The position numbers and the translations under genes are program-made. Shown here one piece after another: positions 51,201 to 64,000 of a stretch of DNA of 64,000 bases. The stretch is taken from contig OZ059895.1 in assembly GCA_964057225.1 (NCBI GenBank), forward strand, positions 23,746,001-23,810,000, given 5' to 3'. The notes under the pieces are model-generated. The model searched no databases. It had not been told where the DNA came from and saw nothing but the letters and a program-made list of their open reading frames with translations. How positions within the stretch are numbered: the first letter of the stretch is position 1; each line of letters opens with the position of its first letter. This DNA comes from Auanema rhodensis (taxonomy: Eukaryota > Animalia > Nematoda).

Positions 51201-54200
51201 CAAATTTTTATTGATATTGCTTCATGGTAACCATGACTTTGAAATTTACGTGAACTTTAATTTATGCTAATTAAATGTACACGTGATGTGCACTTGGTGT
51301 GTAACTCGCTTCACGTGAAAGATAAAGAGATGCGGTTATCAAAATTAGATTCCCCATGTCCATATTAGTCTAAAAACAAATTTTTATTGATATTGGTGCA
51401 TGGTAACCATGACTTTGAAATTTACGTGAACTTTAATTTATGCTAATTAAATGTACACGTGATGTGCACTTGGTATGTAACTCGCTTCACGTGAAAGATA
51501 AAGAGATGCGGTTTTCAAAATTAGATTCCCCATGTCCATATTAGTCTAAAAACAAATTTTTATTGATATTAGTTCATGGTAACCATGACTTTGAAATTTA
51601 CGTGAACTTTAATTTATGCTAATTAAATGTACACGTGATGTGCACTTGGTATGTAACTCGCTTCACGTGAAAGATAAAGAGATGCGGTTTTCAAAATTAG
51701 ATTCCCCATGTCCATATTAGTCTAAAAACAAATTTTTATTGATATTGGTTCATGGTAACCATGACTTTGAAATTTACGTGAACTTTAATTAATGCTAATT
51801 AAATGTACACGTGATGTGCACTTGGTATGTAACTCGCTTCACGTGAAAGATAAAGAGATGCGGTTTTCAAAATTAGATTCCCCATGTTCATATTAGTCTA
51901 AAAACAAATTTTTATTGATATTGCTTCATGGTAACCATGACTTTGAAATTTACGTGAACTTTAATTTATGCTAATTAAATGTACACGTGATGTGCACTTG
52001 GTGTGTAACTCGCTTCACGTGAAAGATAAAGAGATGCGGTTATCAAAATTAGATTCCCCATGTCCATATTAGTCTAAAAACAAATTTTTATTGATATTGG
52101 TGCATGGTAACCATCACTTTGAAATTTACGTGAACTTTAATTTATGCTAATTAAATGTACACGTGATGTGCACTTGGTATGTAACTCGCTTCACGTGAAA
52201 GATAAAGAGATGCGGTTTTCAAAATTAGATTCCCCATGTCCATATTAGTCTAAAAACAAATTTTTATTGATATTGGTTCATGGTAACCATGACTTTGAAA
52301 TTTACGTGAACTTTAATTTATGCTAATTAAATGTACACGTGATGTGCACTTGGTATGTAACTCGCTTCACGTGAAAGATAAAGAGATGCGGTTTTCAAAA
52401 TTAGATTCCCCATGTCCATATTAGTCTAAAAACAAATTTTTATTGATATTGGTGCATGGTAACCATGACTTTGAAATTTACGTGAACTTTAATTTATGCT
52501 AATTAAATGTACACGTGATGTGCACTTGGTATGTAACTCGCTTCACGTGAAAGATAAAGAGATGCGGTTTTCAAAATTAGATTCCCCATGTCCATATTAG
52601 TCTAAAAACAAATTTTTATTGATATTGGTTCATGGTAACCATGACTTTGAAATTTACGTGAACTTTAATTTATGCTAATTAAATGTACATGTGATGTGCA
52701 CTTGGTATGTAACTCGCTTCACGTGAAAGATAAAGAGATGCGGTTTTCAAAATTAGATTCCCCATGTCCATATTAGTCTAAAAACAAATTTTTATTGATA
52801 TTGGTGCATGGTAACCATGACTTTGAAATTTACGTGAACTTTAATTTATGCTAATTAAATGTACACGTGATGTGCACTTGGTATGTAACTCGCTTCACGT
52901 GAAAGATAAAGAGATGCGGTTTTCAAAATTAGATTCCCCATGTCCATATTAGTCTAAAAACAAATTTTTATTGATATTAGTTCATGGTAACCATGACTTT
53001 GAAATTTACGTGAACTTTAATTTATGCTAATTAAATGTACACGTGATGTGCACTTGGTATGTAACTCGCTTCACGTGAAAGATAAAGAGATGCGGTTTTC
53101 AAAATTAGATTCCCCATGTCCATATTAGTCTAAAAACAAATTTTTATTGATATTGGTGCATGGTAACCATGACTTTGAAATTTACGTGAACTTTAATTTA
53201 TGCTAATTAAATGTACACGTGATGTGCACTTGGTATGTAACTCGCTTCACGTGAAAGATAAAGAGATGCGGTTTTCAAAATTAGATTCCCCATGTCCATA
53301 TTAGTCTAAAAACAAATTTTTATTGATATTGGTTCATGGTAACCATGACTTTGAAATTTACGTGAACTTTAATTTATGCTAATTAAATGTACACGTGATG
53401 TGCACTTGGTATGTAACTCGCTTCACGTGAAAGATAAAGAGATGCGGTTTTCAAAATTAGATTCCCTATGTCCATATTAGTCTAAAAACAAATTTTTATT
53501 GATATTGGTTCATGGTAACCATGACTTTGAAATTTACGTGAACTTTAATTTATGCTAATTAAATGTACACGTGATGTGCACTTGGTATGTAACTCGCTTC
53601 ACGTGAAAGATAAAGAGATGCGGTTTTCAAAATTAGATTCCCCATGTCCATATTAGTCTAAAAACAAATTTTTATTGATATTGGTTCATGGTAACCATGA
53701 CTTTGAAATTTACGTGAACTTTAATTTATGCTGATTAAATGTACACGTGATGTGCACTTGGTATGTAACTCGCTTCACGTGAAAGATAAAGAGATGCGGT
53801 TTTCAAAATTAGATTCCCTATGTCCATATTAGTCTAAAAACAAATTTTTATTGATATTGGTTCATGGTAACCATGACTTTGAAATTTACGTGAACTTTAA
53901 TTTATGCTAATTAAATGTACACGTGATGTGCACTTGGTATGTAACTCGCTTCACGTGAAAGATAAAGAGATGCGGTTTTCAAAATTAGATTCCCCATGTC
54001 CATATTAGTCTAAAAACAAATTTTTATTGATATTAGTTCATGGTAACCATGACTTTGAAATTTACGTGAACTTTAATTTATGCTAATTAAATGTACACGT
54101 GATGTGCACTTGGTATGTAACTCGCTTCACGTGAAAGATAAAGAGATGCGGTTTTCAAAATTAGATTCCCCATGTCCATATTAGTCTAAAAACAAATTTT

Positions 54201-57200
54201 TATTGATATTGGTTCATGGTAACCATGACTTTGAAATTTACGTGAACTTTAATTAATGCTAATTAAATGTACACGTGATGTGCACTTGGTATGTAACTCG
54301 CTTCACGTGAAAGATAAAGAGATGCGGTTTTCAAAATTAGATTCCCCATGTCCATATTAGTCTAAAAACAAATTTTTATTGATATTGCTTCATGGTAACC
54401 ATGACTTTGAAATTTACGTGAACTTTAATTTATGCTAATTAAATGTACACGTGATGTGCACTTGGTGTGTAACTCGCTTCACGTGAAAGATAAAGAGATG
54501 CGGTTATCAAAATTAGATTCCCTATGTCCATATTAGTCTAAAAACAAATTTTTATTGATATTGCTTCATGGTAACCATGACTTTGAAATTTACGTGAACT
54601 TTAATTTATGCTAATTAAATGTACACGTGATGTGCACTTGGTATGTAACTCGCTTCACGTGAAAGATAAAGAGATGCGGTTTTCAAAATTAGATTCCCCA
54701 TGTCCATATTAGTCTAAAAACAAATTTTTATTGATATTAGTTCATGGTAACCATGACTTTGAAATTTACGTGAACTTTAATTTATGCTAATTAAATGTAC
54801 ACGTGATGTGCACTTGGTATGTAACTCGCTTCACGTGAAAGATAAAGAGATGCGGTTTTCAAAATTAGATTCCCCATGTCCATATTAGTCTCAAAACAAA
54901 TTATTATTGATATTGGTTCATGGTAACCATGACTTTGAAATTTACGTGAACTTTAATTTATGCTAATTAAATGTACACGTGATGTGCACTTGGTATGTAA
55001 CTCGCTTCACGTGAGAGATAAAGAGATGCGGTTTTCAAAATTAGATTCCCCATGTCCATATTAGTCTAAAAACAAATTTTTATTGATATTGGTGCATGGT
55101 AACCATGACTTTGAAATTTACGTGAACTTTAATTTATGCTAATTAAATGTACACGTGATGTGCACTTGGTATGTAACTCGCTTCACGTGAAAGATAAAGA
55201 GATGCGGTTTTCAAAATTAGATTCCCCATGTCCATATTAGTCTAAAAACAAATTTTTATTGATATTGGTGCATGGTAACCATGACTTTGAAATTTACGTG
55301 AACTTTAATTTATGCTAATTAAATGTACACGTGATGTGCACTTGGTATGTAACTCGCTTCACGTGAAAGATAAAGAGATGCGGTTTTCAAAATTAGATTC
55401 CCCATGTCCATATTAGTCTAAAAACAAATTTTTATTGTTATTGCTTCATGGTAACCATGACTTTGAAATTTACGTGAACTTTAATTTATGCTAATTAAAT
55501 GTACACGTGATGTGCACTTGGTATGTAACTCGCTTCACGTGAAAGATAAAGAGATGCGGTTTTCAACATTAGATTCCCCATGTCCATATTAGTCTAAAAA
55601 CAAATTTTTATTGATATTGGTGCATGGTAACCATGACTTTGAAATTTACGTGAACTTTAATTTATGCTAATTAAATGTACACGTGATGTGCACTTGGTAT
55701 GTAACTCGCTTCACGTGAAAGATAAAGAGATGCGGTTTTCAAAATTAGATTCCCCATGTCCATATTACTCTAAAAACAAATTTTTATTGATATTGGTTCA
55801 TGGTAACCATGACTTTGAAATTTACGTGAACTTTAATTTATGCTAATTAAATGTACACGTGATGTGCACTTGGTATGTAACTCGCTTCACGTGAGAGATA
55901 AAGAGATGCGGTTTTCAAAATTAGATTCCCCATGTCCATATTAGTCTAAAAACAAATTTTTATTGATATTGGTGCATGGTAACCATGACTTTGAAATTTA
56001 CGTGAACTTTAATTTATGCTAATTAAATGTACACGTGATGTGCACTTGGTATGTAACTCGCTTCACGTGAAAGATAAAGAGATGCGGTTTTCAAAATTAG
56101 ATTCCCCATGTCCATATTAGTCTAAAAACAAATTTTTATTGATATTGCTTCATGGTAACCATGACTTTGAAATTTGCGTGAACTTTAATTTATGCTAATT
56201 AAATGTACACGTGATGTGCACTTGGTATGTAACTCGCTTCACGTGAAAGATAAAGAGATGCGGTTTTCAAAATTAGATTCCCCATGTCCATATTAGTCTA
56301 AAAACAAATTTTTATTGATATTGGTGCATGGTAACCATGACTTTGAAATTTACGTGAACTTTAATTTATGCTAATTAAATGTACACGTGATGTGCACTTG
56401 GTATGTAACTCGCTTCACGTGAAAGATAAAGAGGTGCGGTTTTCAAAATTAGATTCCCCATGTCCATATTAGTCTAAAAACAAATTTTTATTGATATTGG
56501 TTCATGGTAACCATGACTTTGAAATTTACGTGAACTTTAATTAATGCTAATTAAATGTACACGTGATGTGCACTTGGTATGTAACTCGCTTCACGTGAAA
56601 GATAAAGAGATGCGGTTTTCAAAATTAGATTCCCCATGTCCATATTGGTCTAAAAACAAATTTTTATTGATATTGCTTCATGGTAACCATGACTTTGAAA
56701 TTTACGTGAACTTTAATTTATGCTAATTAAATGTACACGTGATGTGCACTTGGTATGTAACTCGCTTCACGTGAAAGATAAAGAGATGCGGTTTTCAAAA
56801 TTAGATTCCCGATGTCCATATTAGTCTAAAAACAAATTTTTATTGATATTGGTTCATGGTAACCATGACTTTGAATTTTACGTGAACTTTAATTTATGCT
56901 AATTAAATGTACACGTGATGTGCACTTGGTATGTAACTCGCTTCACGTGAAAGATAAAGAAATGCGGTTTTCAAAATTAGATTCCCCATGTCCATATTAG
57001 TCTAAAAACAAATTTTTATTGATATTGGTTCATGGTAACCATGACTTTGAAATTTACGTGAACTTTAATTTATGCTAATTAAATGTACACGTGATGTGCA
57101 CTTGGTATGTAACTCGCTTCACGTGAAAGATAAAGAGATGCGGTTTTCAAAATTAGATTCCCCATGTCCAAATTAGTCTAAAAACAAATTTTTATTGATA

Positions 57201-60200
57201 TTGCTTCATGGTAACCATGACTTTGAAATTTACGTGAACTTTAATTTATGCTAATTAAATGTACACGTGATGTGCACTTGGTATGTAACTCGCTTCACGT
57301 GAAAGATAAAGAAATGCGGTTTTCAAAATTAGATTCCCCATGTCCATATTAGTCTAAAAACAAATTTTTATTGATATTGGTTCATGGTAACCATGACTTT
57401 GAAATTTACGTGAACTTTAATTTATGCTAATTAAATGTACACGTGATGTGCACTTGGTATGTAACTCGCTTCACGTGAAAGATGAAGAGATGCGGTTTTC
57501 AAAATTAGATTCCCCATGTCCATATTAGTCTAAAAACAAATTTTTATTGATATTGGTTCATGGTAACCATGACTTTGAAATTTACGTGAACTTTAATTTA
57601 TGCTAATTAAATGTACACGTGATGTGCACTTGGTATGTAACTCGCTTCACGTGAAAGATAAAGAGATGCGGTTTTCAAAATTAGATTCCCCATGTCCATA
57701 TTAGTCTAAAAACAAATTTTTATTGATATTGCTTCATGGTAACCATGACTTTGAAATTTACGTGAACTTTAATTTATGCTAATTAAATGTACACGTGATG
57801 TGCACTTGGTATGTAACTCGCTTCACGTGAAAGATAAAGAAATGCGGTTTTCAAAATTAGATTCCCCATGTCCATATTAGTCTAAAAACAAATTTTTATT
57901 GATATTGGTTCATGGTAACCATGACTTTGAAATTTACGTGAACTTTAATTTATGCTAATTAAATGTACACGTGATGTGCACTTGGTATGTAACTCGCTTC
58001 ACGTGAAAGATGAAGAGATGCGGTTTTCAAAATTAGATTCCCCATGTCCATATTAGTCTAAAAACAAATTTTTATTGATATTGGTTCATGGTAACCATGA
58101 CTTTGAAATTTACGTGAACTTTAATTTATGCTAATTAAATGTACACGTGATGTGCACTTGGTATGTAACTCGCTTCACGTGAAAGATAAAGAGATGCGGT
58201 TTTCAAAATTAGATTCCCCATGTCCATATTAGTCTAAAAACAAATTTTTATTGATATTGGTTCATGGTAACCATGACTTTGAAATTTACGTGAACTTTAA
58301 TTTATGCTAATTAAATGTACACGTGATGTGCACTTGGTATGTAACTCGCTTCACGTGAAAGATAAAGAGATGCGGTTTTCAAAATTAGATTCCCCATGTC
58401 CATATTAGTCTAAAAACAAATTTTTATTGATATTGGTGCATGGTAACCATGACTTTGAAATTTACGTGAACTTTAATTTATGCTAATTAAATGTACACGT
58501 GATGTGCACTTGGTATGTAACTCGCTTCACGTGAAAGATAAAGAGATGCGGTTTTCAAAATTAGATTCCCCATTTCCATATTAGTCTAAAAACAAATTTT
58601 TATTGATATTGGTTCATGGTAACCATGACTTTGAAATTTACGTGAACTTTAATTTATGCTAATTAAATGTACACGTGATGTGCACTTGGTATGTAACTCG
58701 CTTCACGTGAAAGATAAAGAGATGCGGTTTTCAAAATTAGATTCCCCATGTCCATATTAGTCTAAAAACAAATTTTTATTGATATTGGTTCATGGTAACC
58801 ATGACTTTGAAATTTACGTGAACTTTAATTTATGCTAATTAAATGTACACGTGATGTGCACTTGGTATGTAACTCGCTTCACGTGAAAGATAAAGAGATG
58901 CGGTTTTCAAAATTAGATTCCCTATGTCCATATTAGTCTAAAAACAAATTTTTATTGATATTGGTTCATGGTAACCATGACTTTGAAATTTACGTGAACT
59001 TTAATTTATGCTAATTAAATGTACACGTGATGTGCACTTGGTATGTAACTCGCTTCACGTGAAAGATAAAGAGATGCGGTTTTCAAAATTAGATTCCCCA
59101 TGTCCATATTAGTCTAAAAACAAATTTTTATTGATATTAGTTCATGGTAACCATGACTTTGAAATTTACGTGAACTTTAATTTATGCTAATTAAATGTAC
59201 ACGTGATGTGCACTTGGTATGTAACTCGCTTCACGTGAAAGATAAAGAGATGCGGTTTTCAAAATTAGATTCCCCATGTCCATATTAGTCTAAAAACAAA
59301 TTTTTATTGATATTGGTTCATGGTAACCATGACTTTGAAATTTACGTGAACTTTAATTAATGCTAATTAAATGTACACGTGATGTGCACTTGGTATGTAA
59401 CTCGCTTCACGTGAAAGATAAAGAGATGCGGTTTTCAAAATTAGATTCCCCATGTCCATATTGGTCTAAAAACAAATTTTTATTGATATTAGTTCATGGT
59501 AACCATGACTTTGAAATTTACGTGAACTTTAATTTATGCTAATTAAATGTACACGTGATGTGCACTTGGTATGTAACTCGCTTCACGTGAAAGATAAAGA
59601 GATGCGGTTTTCAAAATTAGATTCCCCATGTCCATATTAGTCTAAAAACAAATTTTTATTGATATTGGTTCATGGTAACCATGACTTTGAATTTTACGTG
59701 AACTTTAATTAATGCTAATTAAATGTACACGTGATGTGCACTTGGTATGTAACTCGCTTCACGTGAAAGATAAAGAGATGCGGTTTTCAAAATTAGATTC
59801 CCCATGTCCATATTGGTCTAAAAACAAATTTTTATTGATATTGCTTCATGGTAACCATGACTTTGAAATTTACGTGAACTTTAATTTATGCTAATTAAAT
59901 GTACACGTGATGTGCACTTGGTATGTAACTCGCTTCACGTGAAAGATAAAGAGATGCGGTTTTCAAAATTAGATTCCCCATGTCCATATTAGTCTAAAAA
60001 CAAATTTTTATTGATATTGCTTCATGGTAACCATGACTTTGAAATTTACGTGAACTTTAATTTATGCTAATTAAATGTACACGTGATGTGCACTTGGTAT
60101 GTAACTCGCTTCACATGAAAGATGAAGAGATGCGGTTTTCAAAATTAGATTCCCCATGTCCATATTAGTCTAAAAACAAATTTTTATTGCTATTGGTTCA

Positions 60201-63200
60201 TGGTAACCATGACTTTGAAATTTACGTGAACTTTAATTTATGCTAATTAAATGTACACGTGATGTGCACTTGGTATGTAACTCGCTTCACGTGAAAGATA
60301 AAGAGATGCGGTTTTCAAAATTAGATTCCCCATGTCCATATTAGTCTAAAAACAAATTTTTATTGATATTGCTTCATGGTAACCATGACTTTGAAATTTA
60401 CGTGAACTTTAATTTATGCTAATTAAATGTACACGTGATGTGCACTTGGTATGTAACTCGCTTCACATGAAAGATGAAGAGATGCGGTTTTCAAAATTAG
60501 ATTCCCCATGTCCATATTAGTCTAAAAACAAATTTTTATTGATATTGGTTCATGGTAACCATGACTTTGAATTTTACGTGAACTTTAATTTATGCTAATT
60601 AAATGAACACGTGATGTGCACTTGGTATGTAACTCGCTTCACGTGAAAGATAAAGAGATGCGGTTTTCAAAATTAGATTCCCCATGTCCATATTAGTCTA
60701 AAAACAAATTTTTATTGATATTGCTTCATGGTAACCATGACTTTGAAATTTACGTGAACTTTAATTTATGCTAATTAAATGTACACGTGATGTGCACTTG
60801 GTATGTAACTCGCTTCACGTGAAAGATAAAGAAATGCGGTTTTCAAAATTAGATTCCCCATGTCCATATTAGTCTAAAAACAAATTTTTATTGATATTGG
60901 TTCATAGTAACCATGACTTTGAAATTTACGTGAATTTTAATTTATGCTAATTAAATGTACACGTGATGTGCACTTGGTATGTAACTCGCTTCACGTGAAA
61001 GATAAAGAGATGCGGTTTTCAAAATTAGATTCCCCATGTCCATATTAGTCTAAAAACAAATTTTTATTGATATTTCTTCATGGTTACCATGACTTTGAAA
61101 TTTACGTGAACTTTAATTTATGCTAATTAAATGTACACGTGATGTGCACTTGGTATGTAACTCGCTTCACGTGAAAGATAAAGAGATGCGGTTCTCAAAA
61201 GTAGATTCCCCCTGTCCATATTAGTCTAAAAACAAATTTTTATTGATATTGCTTCATGGTAACCATGACTTTGAAATTTACGTGAACTTTAATTTATGCT
61301 AATTAAATGTACACGTGATGTGCACTTGGTATGTAACTCGCTTCACGTGAAAGATAAAGAGATGCGGTTTTCAAAATTAGATTCCCCATGTCCATATTAG
61401 TCTAAAAACAAATTTTTATTGATATTGCTTCATGGTAACCATGACTTTGAAATTTACGTGAACTTTAATTTATGCTAATTAAATGTACACGTGATGTGCA
61501 CTTGGTATGTAACTCGCTTCACGTGAAAGATAAAGAGATGCGGTTTTCAAAATTAGATTCCCCATGTCCATATTAGTCTAAAAACAAATTTTTATTGATA
61601 TTGGTGCATGGTAACCATGACTTTGAAATTTACGTGAACTTTAATTTATGCTTATTAAATGTACACGTGATGTGCACTTGGTATGTAACTCGCTTCACGT
61701 GAAAGATAAAGAGATGCGGTTTTCAAAATTAGATTCCCTATGTCCATATTAGTCTAAAAACAAATTTTTATTGATATTGGTTCATGGTAACCATGACTTT
61801 GAAATTTACGTGAACTTTAATTTATGCTAATTAAATGTACACGTGATGTGCACTTGGTATGTAACTCGCTTCACGTGAAAGATAAAGAGATGCGGTTTTC
61901 AAAATTAGATTCCCCATGTCCATATTAGTCTAAAAACAAATTTTTATTGATATTAGTTCATGGTAACCATGACTTTGAAATTTACGTGAACTTTAATTTA
62001 TGCTAATTAAATGTACACGTGATGTGCACTTGGTATGTAACTCGCTTCACGTGAAAGATAAAGAGATGCGGTTTTCAAAATTAGATTCCCCATGTCCATA
62101 TTAGTCTAAAAACATATTTTTATTGATATTGGTTCATGGTAACCATGACTTTGAAATTTACGTGAACTTTAATTTATGCTAATTAAATGTACACGTGATG
62201 TGCACTTGGTATGTAACTCGCTTCACGTGAAAGATAAAGAGATGCGGTTTTCAAAATTAGATTCCCCATGTCCATATTAGTCTAAAAACATATTTTTATT
62301 GATATTGGTTCATGGTAACCATGACTTTGAAATTTACGTGAACTTTAATTTATGCTAATTAAATGTACACGTGATGTGCACTTGGTATGTAACTCGCTTC
62401 ACGTGAAAGATAAAGAGATGCGGTTTTCAAAATTAGATTCCCCATGTCCATATTAGTCTAAAAACAAATTTTTATTGATATTGGTTCATGGTAACCATGA
62501 CTTTGAAATTTACGTGAACTTTAATTTATGCTAATTAAATGTACACGTGATGTGCACTTGGTATGTAACTCGCTTCACGTGAAAGATAAAGAGATGCGGT
62601 TTTCAAAATTAGATTCCCCATTTCCATATTAGTCTAAAAACAAATTTTTATTGATATTGGTGCATGGTAACCATGACTTTGAAATTTACGTGAACTTTAA
62701 TTTATGCTAATTAAATGTACACGTGATGTGCACTTGGTATGTAACTCGCTTCACGTGAAAGATAAAGAGATGCGGTTTTCAAAATTAGATTCCCCATTTC
62801 CATATTAGTCTAAAAACAAATTTTTATTGATATTGGTTCATGGTAACCATGACTTTGAAATTTACGTGAACTTTAATTTATGCTAATTAAATGTACACGT
62901 GATGTGCACTTGGTATGTAACTCGCTTCACGTGAAAGATAAAGAGATGCGGTTTTCAAAATTAGATTCCCCATGTCCATATTAGTCTAAAAACAAATTTT
63001 TATTGATATTGGTTCATGGTAACCATGACTTTGAAATTTACGTGAACTTTAATTTATGCTAATTAAATGTACACGTGATGTGCACTTGGTATGTAACTCG
63101 CTTCACGTGAAAGATAAAGAGATGCGGTTTTCAAAATTAGATTCCCTATGTCCATATTAGTCTAAAAACAAATTTTTATTGATATTGGTTCATGGTAACC

Positions 63201-64000
63201 ATGACTTTGAAATTTACGTGAACTTTAATTTATGCTAATTAAATGTACACGTGATGTGCACTTGGTATGTAACTCGCTTCACGTGAAAGATAAAGAGATG
63301 CGGTTTTCAAAATTAGATTCCCCATGTCCATATTAGTCTAAAAACAAATTTTTATTGATATTGGTTCATGGTAACCATGACTTTGAAATTTACGTGAACT
63401 TTAATTAATGCTAATTAATTGTACACGTGATGTGCACTTGGTATGTAACTCGCTTCACGTGAAAGATAAAGAGATGCGGTTTTCAAAATTAGATTCCCTA
63501 TGTCCATATTAGTCTAAAAACAAATTTTTATTGATATTGGTTCATGGTAACCATGACTTTGAAATTTACGTGAACTTTAATTTATGCTAATTAAATGTAC
63601 ACGTGATGTGCACTTGGTATGTAACTCGCTTCACGTGAAAGATAAAGAGATGCGGTTTTCAAAATTAGATTCCCCATGTCCATATTAGTCTAAAAACAAA
63701 TTTTTATTGATATTGGTTCATGGTAACCATGACTTTGAAATTTACGTGAACTTTAATTTATGCTAATTAAATGTACACGTGATGTGCACTTGGTATGTAA
63801 CTCGCTTCACGTGAAAGATAAAGAGATGCGGTTTTCAAAATTAGATTCCCCATGTCCATATTAGTCTAAAAACAAATTTTTATTGATATTGGTTCATGGT
63901 AACCATGACTTTGAAATTTACGTGAACTTTAATTAATGCTAATTAAATGTACACGTGATGTGCACTTGGTATGTAACTCGCTTCACGTGAAAGATAAAGA
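18201..64000. repeat. 176-bp tandem satellite array, right part (~260 monomers; continues beyond window end)
   Basis: Same monomer and orientation as the left part. It resumes in register at monomer position 107 (ACGTGATGTGCAC) immediately after the insertion. Confidence 0.99.

Noticed and set aside
32439-59894. Six 60-aa ORFs (MLIKCTRDVHLV...) as genes
   Set aside because: They are satellite monomers with point loss of a stop codon and have no recognisable protein features.
1-64000. CRISPR array interpretation of the palindrome-containing repeats
   Set aside because: There are no unique spacers, entire 176-bp units are near-identical, there are no cas genes, and the context is a eukaryotic LINE.

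Overview
Eukaryotic repetitive DNA. About 93% of the window is one head-to-tail array of a 176-bp AT-rich satellite (about 32% GC, about 337 monomers, typically 0-3 differences from consensus). The array runs off both ends of the window and contains local higher-order duplications marked by shared variants. It is interrupted once (13481-18200) by an apparently full-length, intact CR1-clade non-LTR retrotransposon on the minus strand. The element has 5' 18-bp tandem repeats, a U-rich 5' UTR, ORF1 (354 aa), an APE-endonuclease/RT ORF2, a 3' stem-loop, AATAAA, an (AAAC)6 tail and a 4-bp ACGT target-site duplication. Three observations stand out. (1) The endonuclease N-terminus of ORF2 lies upstream of any ATG. 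ORF2 overlaps ORF1 in the +1 frame, and a UCA_UUU_CGC motif resembling viral UUU_CGN +1 frameshift sites sits just before the ORF1 stop, suggesting a ~1298-aa ORF1-ORF2 fusion. (2) The element inserted in the palindrome CACGTG with a geometry implying identical nicks on both strands, at the centre of a degenerate dyad in the monomer. (3) The 5' end is an array of perfect 18-mers carrying TGACTCA and Inr-like motifs. ORF1 motifs tentatively suggest a nematode host. No host genes, RNA genes or CRISPR arrays were found.
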